From: Oikopleura dioica
Lineage: Eukaryota > Animalia > Chordata
Assembly: GCA_907165135.1 (NCBI GenBank)
Contig: OU015568.1
Span: 13,020,001 to 13,084,000 of the forward strand
DNA length: 64,000 nucleotides
Direction of reading: 5' to 3'
Shown here: piece by piece, positions 35,783 through 48,932 of the stretch
Numbering within the stretch: position 1 is the stretch's first letter
Layout of the letters: each line of letters opens with the position of its first letter
Notes under the pieces: model-generated
The model's database searches: none
What the model was told of the DNA's origin: nothing
The model's input: only the letters and a program-made list of their open reading frames with translations
Translations under genes and position numbers: made by a program

Positions 35783-37689
35783 TCAACTTTTTTCTTTATT
35801 TTTTTGGCTTTTTAGGAGCAGGTCATTTGCATTCGGTGAAACATGATAATCAAGTACAGGTTTATGACAGCCTTTCTTAGCGGCGATTCCGGTTATTTTT
35901 CTATGCGGTTCATCAGTGTCTCTTCCGATTTTCAGTGTTCCCTGAAGTAAGTTAATATTCGATTCATAAACTCCAGTCACTGACCTTTATCAGTTCATGA
36001 ACGGACAAGGCTATTTTCATATTGTACATTTTGTTCTCTACTTTCGTAGCCAAGAACTTAGACTGCTCTTCTCCGTCTACCCACTTCAAGTTTTCATACT
36101 CGCAATCAATGAGCACGAGGCCATATGGGTTCGCATACTTATATGAGGGCCGTCTTGGGAACTTTTCGACGTCAAGAAGCTCAGTGACAAGCGATGGTTT
36201 CTCAAGCCTATTTCCAATCAATGCTTTAAAAAAGATTTACAGGAATTATTCTTGCGCGCTGTTATTTACCTAGTATCGTCATAGTCAGCCGGATCTGATG
36301 ATATAGAAATCCACTTGATTTGATAGAAAAAACGCACATCGATGGAAAATTAGGAACATCTTCGATGTCAGCTGCAAAACAGATTCGTTTTGTATCTTGC
36401 CGTTCAAGCTGTGCTTGAGAAAAATTTCTAAAATCGTATTCCCCGACGAGATATGACGCTGCTTCTTTCATAAGTGAAATATCCAATCCACTTTGTTCAG
36501 GTCTTCAAAGTATTTTAAGTCTTTTAAGTTTATTCATATTCTGATAAATTGTATATACTTTCAGATACGTTTCAAGACCAGTTCCTCGAATCAAAGATAT
36601 ATTTATAGTGACGCGATTTGCAGCTGAAGCGTGCAGAGAAATCTGACGGAACGGGCGCCCATGAGGTAATCCAAATATCGTCCGGCAATTGACGATTAAT
36701 GATTGCTACGAAGTTTCTTTCTCCAGAAGTGACGTTGTTTTTTATCTCCTCTTCGCTCAGCCGAGAGTTGACGAAGAGCGAAATTACGTTATTCACAGCG
36801 TGGACGCCCTTTCGAGGTTGTTTTCAAAAAGTGATGCTAGAGAAAATTAAGGGTTGGAATGTTTCTAGATAAGTTGTTGTTGAGAGGACTCAAGTCGAAA
36901 GCTCGTCAGTCTATCGACGTTAAAAAGTCCGAAAACCCGCGTTATGAGGTAAGAAATATTGGCTTCGCTTGATTCTAACGATGATTTTTAGGAAACCGAG
37001 GATTTATTTCCTCAATCTTTTTGCTCCCAAGCAAAAAAGGAGCAGACGCGGTAACAAAGAATGCAAAAGCATTGGAGAAAACTATCAAATGATGTCAATA
37101 AACATCAATTGCATATTTTTAATTGAGTATTTTGTGTGTTTTATTGCAGGTTCAGCTAGCTTAGACTCTTCTTGAGACAGTGATCCGTGTGTAGTTGTGT
37201 AGATTGTCGTTTTAGCCGTGATTTTCCGATTAAACCTTTCCTTGTCCGTTCGACCTCCAGCAATATACTCCGCAGTTCCTATATCATCCACAATTTTCGT
37301 TCTCAGCATCGCGTCAAAAACTACGTCTTCTATTGTCACCTTTCCAGCCGGGACTGGTGACCTCTGCAGGCCATTGTACTTCGTGCCATCGTAAGAGAAT
37401 CGAAATGCAACCTTGCGCTTGCGAAAGACAGACGGTCCATCGTCTTCCTTCTCGCTTTTTGAATCCGTTTCTTCTTCTTGGGTGGCTGTTCCTCGTCGTT
37501 CTGGAGACCAGACTGCGCCAGCTTGACCTTCATCTGACTTTTCGTCTGGTTGCCAGAAGCATTTAACCGGCATCAATTGCGGATCTGAATCAACCCATTC
37601 CTGATCTGATCCGACAGTTGCGCATTCTTCTTCATCATCTTTTCTAGCCTTGAACGCAATTCCTCCTTCTCCATGCCATTATCATTCAT
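35783..37689 (-). CDS. PUS3: tRNA pseudouridine(38/39) synthase
   Basis: RKVAFRFSYDG, GRTDK|GVHA, FSARFSCKSRHYKYIF, GEYDFRNF, GFLYHQIR and LLDVEKFPRRPSY...LVLIDCEYENLKW. The model needs two GA-AG introns and one 1-nt correction at 37424-37426. Confidence 0.88.
36809..37240 (-). other. Non-canonical GA-AG intron (PUS3, 432 nt)
   Basis: Removal restores the catalytic motif GRTDK-GVHA. Confidence 0.85.
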
Positions 37690-37766
37690 TCTAAGAACCA
37701 AAAGATAAAAATTGCCTTCGAAATGGAATTTCCGAAAATTAATAATTCATAAATTAAATCAGCGTT

Positions 37767-38353
37767 TCACGAGGATTTTTTTAAGATTCCAAGAAACGTT
37801 CCATAACCGAGACGCATCGATACAGGATGATCTACTCCTAAGAAATGAGCTGCAGATTCTGTCTCGTGGAGAACGAAGGAGACTCGATCGTCAACTCGCA
37901 ACTTTTTTCCATATCGAGCTTGTTGAACTTCTTGTCGGGCGACACTGCAGAATGCGTCAAACTATCAAATTTTATTCTTCAAAAAATTTATCTAGGGTCG
38001 ACAAACCTTTCCTCCATAATCAAGCCAAACTGCAGGATCTGGTTCATCACGAATAGCGGTTATTCGTGCTGCTAATTTTACATCCTAAATCTTGTTTTTA
38101 ATTTTTCATAATTCGTTCCTACCTTTCCGGATCCTAGTAAATTAAAAGGAGAGTGAGGAAAATACTCTTCGAATGTTTTAAAATCTTCGGGCTTAACATC
38201 TGTATATTCAATGGGAACGTCGCGGATTTTCATCGGACTTTGAGTGGTGGTTACTTCTGTTTTTGATTCTTGAGAAGCTTGATTCTTGCTCGTGCAAAGC
38301 CTGTAGCTGTGACTGTATAAACGGGATCGAGGGGAAACGATGCGAGACAACAT
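37767..38353 (-). CDS. MRPS28: Mitochondrial ribosomal protein S28 (bS1m), 3 exons
   Basis: Spliced product FEEYFPHSPFNLLGSGKDVKLAARI...VWLDYGGKFDAFC...DRVSFVLHETESAAHFLG matches my recollection of the MRP-S28 family pattern (DLYIDFGGKF). Mitochondrial-type N-terminus. Confidence 0.8.
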
Positions 38354-38525
38354 TACTTCAGATTTCTAGAGGCAGATACGATTTATTGGAATGAAAGAAG
38401 CTGTTTCAAAACATTGTTTTACTCCGTTCAGAATAATTGGTCGAATTAATTGGGTACAGAAAACGAGAAAAGTACTGAAGAAAGTTTGAAGAATTGATGC
38501 ATGGGGCGCCGAGAACAGAAAGATT

Positions 38526-41487
38526 CTAGTGCTGAGATGAAATTGAACGACGCTCGTCCTCGTCTGGGTCGCCCATCGGCCCTGGTCCTGTCGTTTGAAG
38601 GCGGACTGATTCTTGCCCCTGAAGATAAGAGATGAGACGAGGATATCTAGGGTTCAACAAACTTGATCTTGTGATACGATATCAGTTAATTCTCCTCCTG
38701 GCGAAGGAAACTGGGCAACACGTGGTCTTGTATTGTTCGTTCCATTTTCAACTCCTAGCGGAGAGTCGATCGACTCCGAGCTTTGACTCCTACATGCATA
38801 TTTAGATGGCTGACGAAACTTGTGCCGATTTTACCTTTGAATGATTGTTGGCTGCTCTTCTGTCACCGATGGTAGATCGATTGACGCGTTGTCTTGATCC
38901 TGGATTCGCCGGCGCCGTGCTCGTCGACTGAACAATGTTGAGTTCAAAGGCAGAACTTGAGTGATTTACAATCAACTCTCAGCAATAATGTGGTGCATTA
39001 TTGAGACATGCGATAGCAATAAATAGTAACATATTAGATTCAAGTTGAATAAATTGGATAAGTGCCGGTAAAATTGAATAAAACTTAATCTGGAACTTCC
39101 AAATTGGAAGTACAATTAAAATCAGAGAACTATTCCTAGCACTGCTAGGCTAGCAGCATAAAAATAATCTTTGATATAATATTATCCAGGAATAACTCCT
39201 GATTGAAGAGAACATAGTCTCCAGGAGAAATGGAAAACATAATATATTTAAAACTTCCTTTGTTCAGATTTTACCTCTCTCTTCGGAGCCCGTTTCTTGT
39301 TAGTCTCCACGGCCTTGATCTTGATGGACGTTGAGCAGTTGATTCGTAACCCATCGCAGCGTCGTACGTCGGTGGTGCCTCTCGAACTTGAAATGAAAAA
39401 TTAATAATAGATAAGCAGTTCCAAGTTACCTTGGAGAATATTAGCCAAGTGCTGGAGGCTTCTGCGCGCACGTGAGCAGGATGAAAGCGACTGGACGTAC
39501 AGTAATCTCCGAGTACAGCCAAGGGCAATTACAAAGAGCGCACAGCAACCAAGCGATCCGATTATAGCCGCAGTAAGAACTAAATTGTAGTGTTAGCAGA
39601 GGCCAATTGAATTAGCGTCAACTACTGACCTTGTCTTTCATCTGCCAGAGGGCAGGAAAGCTCGTCCGAGCCATCACTGCAGTCAGGATATCCGTCGCAA
39701 AGCCGATCTTCAGCGATGCAATATGGTCCAAGAGTCGAATTAGTCTCCACGCAGAGAAATGCCCCATGACGGCAAACTGTACACTAAATGTTCGTTTTAA
39801 CGATTAACTTGTCCCTTCTTATTGAATGAAATACAAGCAGTCGCTTTACCTCTGTTTCATCGATGCTTTGCTGTACTTCTTTTGGCATGGGACAGTCATT
39901 GATTCCATCGCATAGTTCAGCAATTGGGAGAGACTTGATTTCCTGTGAAATTCGTGGGCTAAACTAGGGCTCAATCAAAGTCAACGCTTTTGAAAGTATA
40001 AATTACTTTGTCTTATTAAGATTTATCAGACATTTGACAGACGTATCTCAAGGATGTCCGTGCCCAAAAGATTTGGGCACAGGCTCTCTAATTTCATATA
40101 ATTGACATGTCATTCAAGTCTAAAATTCGTAGAGTGTTTCAGCCTTTAGACAGCTTTTAGACGATGCCTCTCGAAATAAATCATCATCAGAACGGGGCTT
40201 ATCTTGTGTTTTCTGCCGAATTTCGGTTTTGAGTTTCGAAATCCGGGGAAGAAGGAAGTCCTCGAATGAGTGTAGCGAAATAAGTGCATTTTTATGAATG
40301 GGTTAGCTCATCCGCAGAGGTAAGAATTAAAGCGACATGAATCTAGACCTACCAGTAAACGAGTTGTTCGCCTCTATCGTCGCATTCCCACTCGTCCTCG
40401 CCGTTTGGACAGTTCCAGCTGCCGTCGCATCGCTCATCCAGATCGTAGCAGTGTCCGTTCGAATGGCAGCACAGCTCACAATCGTCGTTGCACGATTCGT
40501 AAGAGGATTGTATTTTCACAGTGAAATTAAGTTGCTTCTTATCTATAAGGCCGAAGGTTTTGGAGGAGTAAATGGCGAATTCGGGACCAGCAGACTTGTT
40601 GAATTGGAATGATCTGAATGTTTATATTCAAAGCTGATTTTTTCTAAGCAGGAACTTCTCACAGGAAATTGCATTTCCAAGGAGAAGGCCTTGTTTTGCA
40701 CGAAAACTTGAACAGTTGACATTTTGGAAATATTTTAGTAGATAAGTTGGATGTTATTGGATGAAATATTTAGACTTACTTTGTCTTTAGCTCTGCTAAT
40801 GAGACGACGAGCTTATCAAACATGAAATGAATGTCGTTTGCACTTTCGTGCAAGTTGGTAATTGTCAAGTTGTAGTTGGCGAACGGAAGTAGAAACTCGA
40901 GAACGAGCCCGATCTCTGACAGTTGGTCGTCGCAATCGCTGGAAAAATTATTTTAATCGATAGAAACGGAGGATGTTCTTACCTGAGAAATTCTGCTGAT
41001 TCAAAAATGAGACACTCGCTAACTTTTGGGGCATTTCTGTCACCGTTGATATCGTCATTGCACTGGAGAAACGATTGTTTCTAAAAGACATAAATATTAC
41101 ATTTGTAAATTCGAAAATGGACACTCTTAAACATATGTTCTAGCGTAAGTTTTGCCCTAAAGTATGAAAGTACGGGCATTACAGTTAATCCTCTGCTGTC
41201 TAAATAACGCTTTTAGGTCAACTACTATTTTGGTATAATGAGAATTTCTGATAAAAATGGTATTGGTGACTCTAAAATTCCGAGAATTTTCAAAATCAAT
41301 CTAAATGATCACTTCCGGTGGCGTTGATGAGGAAAACATTTTCGCACGCACAGTCAGTACTCGTAGCCACTATTCATACCTTGCAAACTTCGCCACACGA
41401 CTTTCTTGCTCTTCCCAGCGTCACATCGCAGGTATAACTTCCAGAAGCGAGAGAAGCATTGAAGAAAGCCAGCAAAAGGCTAAACAT
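38526..41487 (-). CDS. LRP3/LRP10/LRP12-family receptor (signal peptide, LDLa repeats, TM, REAPP motif)
   Basis: MFSLLLAFFNASLA signal. LDLa repeats CDGSWNCPNGEDEWEC, LCDGINDC and LCDGYPDCSDGSDE. TM VLTAAIIGSLGCCALFVIALGCT followed by REAPPTY. Exon structure only partly resolved. Confidence 0.8.
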
Positions 41488-42593
41488 CGAATCCCGATTT
41501 CGATGTAAAGATAGTTTCGAGAATTAATTCTTTGTTACTATCATCAACAATCTGAAAGAAAGAGTACTTGAAATAGGTTGTGAAATAGCAAAATAGAAGT
41601 TGTTGTGTTCGATAACTTTTGAGGAAAAAATGTATCTTTACTAGAAACTACTCTTGAATAACATTATTAACCCCAAAAGGAAACATAACTGTAGAATATA
41701 CGGTGTAGGTGCAAGTCGAATAATTTAACAGCGAATGTATCCAAAAGGTTTTCTTATTTTAAGTTTTATCTATTTCTACGGTAAATTCTTTTATGTTCGT
41801 TGATGACGCAACAATTCGATCTCTGTCTAATTTTGATCAGGTTTAAAAAAGGGAACACGAATTTATTTAGAGATAGAGAGCGGGGAGCGCGTTGGCCTGA
41901 CGCGTCCGCGGTGCGTGGTGAGGGCGAGGGGACAAGTCACCATTGCGATCAGAGAAAGAGAGCGCGCTAAGGAGAGAGCTCACCCAGCGAGTGCGCGCCG
42001 CCCTGCTCCTGCCATCCAAGCACACTTCGAACACGGCCTCCACTCTTGGTCGCGCCAGAGAGAGCGAGTAAGAGACAATTTATTTCACCTCGAACACCGC
42101 CAAATCCGAACCTTTTACGCTTTCACTCTATTTGTTTTGCTAAGAGAATTCATAAAAAGAGAGACTAACCTCAAAAGAAAACATGAAATTTGATTTGGTA
42201 CGTACGAGGAAGCCTTTTTTATTCAATTCTTTCATGCTGTAATTAAAAAATAAGGGACATGTGATGGTGGGCCGTCACAGTGACCGTATTTTGATCGTAA
42301 AAGCGGATTCACGCGATGATGAAATAGAGTTTGAAGCCTAATGTTATTACCACAACATTTCGTTGATCAAATGACACGACCATGCAATAAGTTAATTTAT
42401 TGGGAAAGAGAGTGAATTCTTAGAAAGAAATCAGTCGCCGGTGACCTTTTTCTGGAAGGTCGAGCGCACAGGAACAATAGTAGCGCTGGGAGGTCATTGT
42501 CGGAGAGTGTACCCAGTAAACATGTCTATTTCAAGATAAATAATTAGTACTATCTGTGCCATGCGAATGGCCAAAGCGCGCCCTGTTCGCCCA

Positions 42594-43119
42594 GGTGGGT
42601 TTTGAATTTAATCGGGCAATCTTGGTCCTGCTCTCTCCCTGATCTTGAAAACATAAACCAAACATATCATACATGTATGGATAGAGTTTTTAAAGATCTA
42701 GCAATTCTGCATTGGAATTCCAAAAATATCAAATATAATCAGTTTTATCGGAGTTTTTCCTTCAAAACTGGGTTGCATTTTTTGAAAATTGAATAGTGCG
42801 AGACATGAATTCAGATTAGATTTCAACATTTTAAACGCCTGAAAACCGGTAATTTTTGGCTGATTTGTTATTCAAATGCAGAGTTTATCAACCTGTGGGA
42901 GATCGAAAAGGATCTGATTGTTAATTTTGGTGAAAACCGGCAATTCAGATAAAAATCGGTAAGTAAAAACCGGGAATTTCTATAGATTTCGGAAATTCCA
43001 ATGCAGAGTTTGTAGAGCTCAAAAGCTCTTTCCAACCATGTGTCATATGTTGGGGGTTTATTAGAAAAGTTCGGAGCTACAGCCAAAGAAAGATTGCCCG
43101 ATTAAATTCAAAACCCACC
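42594..43119. mobile_element. MITE-like element with 30-bp perfect and ~130-bp degenerate inverted repeats
   Basis: GGTGGGTTTTGAATTTAATCGGGCAATCTT at 42594 and its reverse complement ending at 43119. Degenerate inverted similarity continues inward. TSD not resolved. Confidence 0.7.
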
Positions 43120-45540
43120 CCAGCGAGATCAAGTTTTCGCTTATCTCATCTTTTGACGCCTCGACGAGGTCAAACACGAACGGTATGACCAGGGCGGACT
43201 GTTCGACTATCGAGGCTGGCTTATATTTAGACTATAAACTTTAGAGAAGCAACAGAAAGAGGCGTTTTTATTACTTCCTGTATTATTTTGTCGATAGGCA
43301 TAATTCAGGCAAAGTCCCGAATCGTAAAGGCACACTTAAGATTTCGTTACTTAAAATAAACTAACAAAAATTGGGGGTTATCTAGAGTTAAAAATAGTGA
43401 AAGGAAAGTGAATTATGAAAAAACGGAAATAAATTAAAGGCATTGAAATTTATTATTGAAAATGTCCCTAATTAGTGTCCTGCTGAAAACAAATGCAATC
43501 CAATCAAGTCATTCAATAATATGCCAACTGGCATCGAAATTAAACCTTTGCTTTGCTCCAGTTTTATTTTATCGTAAGAAAATAGACTCGAATCATAGAG
43601 AATTTGGAGCATGTTCGGTCTAATACTGGTTGCTCTTCTGCCCGGAAGGTGTGCTCGCCCTTGAACTTCTTGTCTTTTTTGCATACTTAACGGTTTTCAA
43701 CGAACATGGTTTTTACAGGAATCGAAATTACGTAAAGGTTAACAAGTTTTTTTTTCTAACGAACCACATTATCTATCTGGCCCCGGGGTAAAATGAATTT
43801 TCGCCGTTTTGGAAGTATTATTCTTATAAATTAAAAGTTTATTATTATAGTATTATACCTTGTAAATATACTTTTCAAAGATTACTTCAGAGATTACGAG
43901 AGATTTAAGAAAGAGATGTTCAAATATTTTGAGAATTCTTAAGATCTTTCGATTTTATTTCTCAATTAGGCTTTTTAAGGCAATTTAATCGATACTATAA
44001 ACAAATAGAAAGACTTAAATTGTATAAATACACAAGAATCATACTTAATGAAGGCACATCAAATAAAAAGAGTTGATTCGCGACAAATGACTACTTTTCC
44101 AGATAAACAGCGGTGGTGGTGCTGAAAAATGAACTTTGCTTAGTCGTGCCCATCCCTCAGGCACCGATTTAAATCACGAGACCATTCTTGTTTTCAAGAG
44201 TCTTGATGAACTCAAAAAGTTTATAGCGCTAGAAATCGCTGTCTGAGACTCTTTCACTAAGAGCCTCAATGTCGACCATTCTGGTCGGACCAAGTACAGT
44301 AATATGCGGCGGACTTCAGATTAATGATGGTATTATGACCGGTCAATTGTTTCTGTGTTCTGAAGGGTGTGAAATTTAGACTCTAAATATTAGAGGCGTG
44401 TTTTCAAGTTTTTGAACCATCTGAAGTTGTTGCCGGAACTAATTCAGAGCTAGCCTGGAGGCTTATTCAACATGTCAGGGCTAGCTTCCTTGCTGATGTC
44501 GGTCTGGTAGCTTGGTGGCGCTGGTTCCGGTGAATTTTTCACCGAAGTCATAAACTCTTGCCTAGCCTAAAGTTAACTTGCATACATTTTTAAGAGATAT
44601 CTGAGAATGTTTGAGATTGATTATCATTCTGATTTATCGGATTATAAAGGATGTATATAAAAAGTAAATTTGTGTTATTCAGACAATTTGAAAGCTTAAA
44701 AACAGACATACATTTATTGTTTGATCTTTATTAAAGGAGACAGAATTATATTCTTATTAATGTTAAATATTTATATGTTGTCTCTCAGTATTCAAGAACC
44801 AAAGGCCCCTTCGATAAGTAAAAGCCAAAAAATAATTTATCAAAAATATCTTCAATGGCCTAAACGTTAAAAGAGGACGTCTAACAACAAGTCTTCAGTT
44901 TTATTATCTTTTTGAACAAAAGTTGCTGAGTAAATGTGATTTTAATGATTTGTGCGCACTCATCGTTTCCAGTTACTCATGAAAGAATGTAACTTGGTAG
45001 GAGAGGCTGTAGGATCAAATATTGATCTTTATTGACCATTCTCTTGGAGCTCAAGCGCCGAACTCGCGTTCTTCGTCTTTTCTTCTGTGACCTTTACGTG
45101 CGCTAGAGAGAAGGAGAAACAGCGTTCGCCCCAAGAGCCAGACCGCCTTCTCAATTATCGATCCACTCGAGAAAACATAATAATCACGAAAGAACGCTCC
45201 ACTTTCTTTTTACTGGAGGTGCGTTTAGAACAAGAAAACACCTAAATAAGGGTTACATTGTAAATATTTGGTCTGGTTTCAAGTTTTGACCTCGTCTAGC
45301 TCTAAATATTTATAACAAATCGGAACGACTCTGAGTGCCTAAGCTTATGATTTAAAAAAATCTAAAAGTTGTTTGATTAAGAAACTCAAAGCTATGTTTT
45401 TTAGACTTGAAATCGGTCATTTCATATTCGCGATTTTGTTGATGTATTGAGCGAAGATTCTACGCTGGAAGACAAACAAAAATGTCTATTCCTATGTAAG
45501 TACACTGCTGCTTTTCGGTAGTTTCAATATCGTTGTTTAG

Positions 45541-47925
45541 GGAGCAAGGGGGCGGTAGATGGAGACAAGACAGTAGAAGCAGTGATGATGGACGAAAAGG
45601 TCCTGAGCCGAAGATTCTACCTGACGAGAAATGTGCCGTTTGCGGGGGAAAGGATCGGTTGATATCAACTCAAGTTGTTCTCACATTCCAAATTGCCATC
45701 GACTGTCGTAAAATGCTTGCTCAATAGTTTTGTTGGTTTTAAATAGTTTTAATGGGTCTTTATTGCGGGCGGTATTTCATAAGATTTCCAGTAATCGGAA
45801 AAATGACCGTAGTTCAAAATTTGAATCAACCTAAAAATAGGCCACAGGATTCAACTACAGAGTTGTAAGCTGCAATGCTTGCAAAGCGTTTTTTCGCCGC
45901 TCAGTCACATCCGGAAAAAGGTAAGAAGATTTGAATAAAAAACGTATCATACCGTACCCTGTTTATACTCATATCAACGCAAGGGAAATATAAGAGTGCC
46001 TAAGGCACTGCTAAACTTATAATACGGCTTATAACTTGGTAGAAACGCTTCTGGCAAAATAGAATAGCATTTTTTGTCAAAATAGAACCATCGTATCGCT
46101 CTTTATCAAGTTATGATTATAAATAGGCCTTGTTATCGGTGCGTCCAATTTTGACTGAGAAGAGCACTTAATTATCTTCAACAAGGATCATTTCGAACAT
46201 TTACCGATAAATTTAGAATGTACCAGCTTGGAATGAAAAACTTTAACTAAGCTAGAACAAAACTAACTCAATAATCAAAAACATTTGTAGATTCTGGCAT
46301 TTTACCCACCAAACCAACTGATTCACTCTATTCTAGGTACCCATGTCGGTTCGAAGGGATGCCAATGCGATCCAACACCGCCGCCGATCGAGCTCAGATG
46401 CTCTCGATTTGCCAGCATTGTCGGCTGGCAAAGTGTCGCCAGGCGGGAATGAAGGACGAGTACGTTCACAACCTGCGCTTTGGACGAATCGAACGCAAAA
46501 GTAGAAAGCTGCACGGGAACGGGAACTTTAGAAGCGTACTTGATCCTGGCCAGGCGAATCTGCTCGATCTCTTTCAGTCTTTTTGGAAGTAAGTTTCAAA
46601 GTTTAACAAGTCTACTCGCTGAGCGCCCTAATGCGCTTTAGTATAACTTTACAGGCGACAGAGTATCATCGAACTGCTATATGAGTACAATTGTTAGGAT
46701 TTCACTCATTCTGTTAGCTACGCTTTCGACCTTTAATAATCTGTTTCAGAATCTACAGAAACTTCTCGAACATCCCTCAGTCTCCCGGAGTGCTTACGCC
46801 AGGACAAATGCGAAAAATGAGCCAGTTGGACCGATTCGAAGCTCAGCTCACTCAAATTGAGCGACCAGAAGTTCCTCGTAAGACCTTTCCATAAAGAACA
46901 ATGGTTTATCGTATTCAAATAGATCCTGTTCCTGGAGATAAGCTCTCATACATCAACTACATCAAGAACGTTCTCACTGTGCATGTCAAGATCGCAGAAA
47001 AACTGCTAGAATTTATACCTGAATTTCGGACGGTAAGAGTTTGAGCTAGAGGAGAAAGAAAGTGCCCCTTTCTTGGAAATAAGCTACTGGGATTAAGAGA
47101 TTAACCGAGTCAAGTTTCCCAGAAACTCAACTTTGAATTACTTTATTTATTCAGATATCCCCCGAGACGAGACACTATTGTATGAGATTTGGCAGTCTGG
47201 AGATGTCGATGGCCCGCGGCGCGTGCAACCGCTCGCTCAATGACGAGTCGGAGAATGATACCAAAAAGCTGTCGATTACGGGAAAGGGGCTCACCACAGA
47301 CCATCTCAAGTAAGTTTCGCGGACTTGAACCACAGTTGAATCAAGAATGATTCTTGAGGACACGCCTTATACTGACATTTTTATCGTCATCTTCAGAAAG
47401 GAAGTAAATCTTTTACGAATGCATGTATGCATAGTAAAACGTACATTTCTTTACAAAAAGAGTTCACAAACTCATGGAAAGAAAAAACTAACTCTTTCAT
47501 TCAGGAACTTGGGAATGACCTCTGGCCTCGTTGACGGGATGATGGAAGTGACCCAAGCAATGAGAGGCTACAAAGGCGACGAGATCGAATGGGCTCTTGT
47601 CGGTGGAATGTGCCTTTTCAATCTGGATCGTGACTCGAACGTCTTCAAACCTACAATGGAAGAGAAACATCAAATCGAAACTATTCAAGTAATCAGTTTC
47701 GTTTCCCTTAAGAATTGCTAACTATCTATTTTTTAGGAAACACTGCTGCTTATTTTGAAAATCAAACTTCGCCACGAAGGAAAGCCAATAAAATACCTCG
47801 CCAATTATATGGAATTCGTTACTAAAACACACAGCTTTGCTACGGGATACAAACGATTTAAATCAAATAAATTCATGAAAATAAGCTCACAGTTGAAGTT
47901 GGAAAATTCATTTTTCATCGTATAA
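45541..47925 (+). CDS. Divergent nuclear receptor (NR1-like DBD and LBD); 5' end unresolved
   Basis: CAVCGGK|ATGFNYRVVSCNACKAFFRRS, then CQHCRLAKCRQAGMK. LBD-like exons include EFIPEFRT|ISPETRHYCMRFGSLE and EIEWALVGGMCLFNLDR. Stop TAA at 47923-47925. Confidence 0.85.
45653..45840 (+). other. Non-canonical GA-AG intron (nuclear receptor, 188 nt)
   Basis: Removal restores CAVCGGK-ATGFNY with the canonical C-x13-C spacing. Confidence 0.85.
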
Positions 47926-48932
47926 TTGAACGCGTTTTTATCCCATTTTTAAGCAAATAAATCAATTTCCGAATGGGGAAAGTTTTTCCACTATCGTCCA
48001 AAAGTCTACTTTGCCGGTGCCGCAGGAGATACCTCACCAGTCGATTCCCCTTCTCCTTCTCCCTGTATGACATAAATATTTTTACAAAAACACGATTTAG
48101 AAGAATCACTTACCCTTCTGATAAAAAAAAAACAAACAAATAAAAATGATAAAGTGCTAAAATGTCTTGTTATGATTGATAACTTATCAAGTATTACAGA
48201 ACGACACGACAAGTTCAAATCTTTCTATTTTCAAAGTCAGCCTCCGTAGTTGCTAAATTTTTCATAAAAAAGTCGAAAGCAGGATAACTTTAATAAAGAA
48301 GATTGATAAGATTTTCCGTGAAAAGATAATTTGGTCTTGAAATAAACTTTTCGATGTAGCTGACTGAATACTGAAGCAAAATTTGATCGAGCGCAAGATT
48401 CTGTTCTTTTGAGAAAAGCAGTTCCTGGAGCCAAGAACAAAACCCTCGTCAGAATTCGAAAGCCTAACGCATTGTGCTCTTATTTTCTTCGAGCGTTTCT
48501 ATTGTTCTTTTGGGCCCCAGCTAAACTCTCAAAATAAGCAAAAACAGAAAAAATCAAGAGAACTTGTTTTAACAGGTCTACGTATCTGCGGTTCTCTGTT
48601 TCTACTGGCAACAAAATTTTTAAAAGGCCTGTCTAAACACTCGCCCCAGGCGTCAATAATCGCGGACCGGACGAATCCCCTCCCACGGGAAATTTTTTAT
48701 AAAGAACTTGTTGGTAAAGAACTTTCGAAAAAGGCAAAAAGAAGGGACAGAGAAGAGTTATAAGACGAACGTAAAATGCCGAAAGAAAGACGAATTTCAT
48801 TTGAAGATGAAAAAATGGTAAGTTGATTATTTTCATCAACGATCAATAGACATAAATGAAAATAAGTAACTATTTTTTGTGAGAATCAATTGATGACATT
48901 CAGATGAAACAAAGGCACTTGCATACTAAAAC

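Noticed and set aside
44130-44560. Coding-like minus-strand fragments (PPSY motif; MVDIEALSERVS...)
   Set aside because: Short, interrupted by stops, and no consistent splice model.
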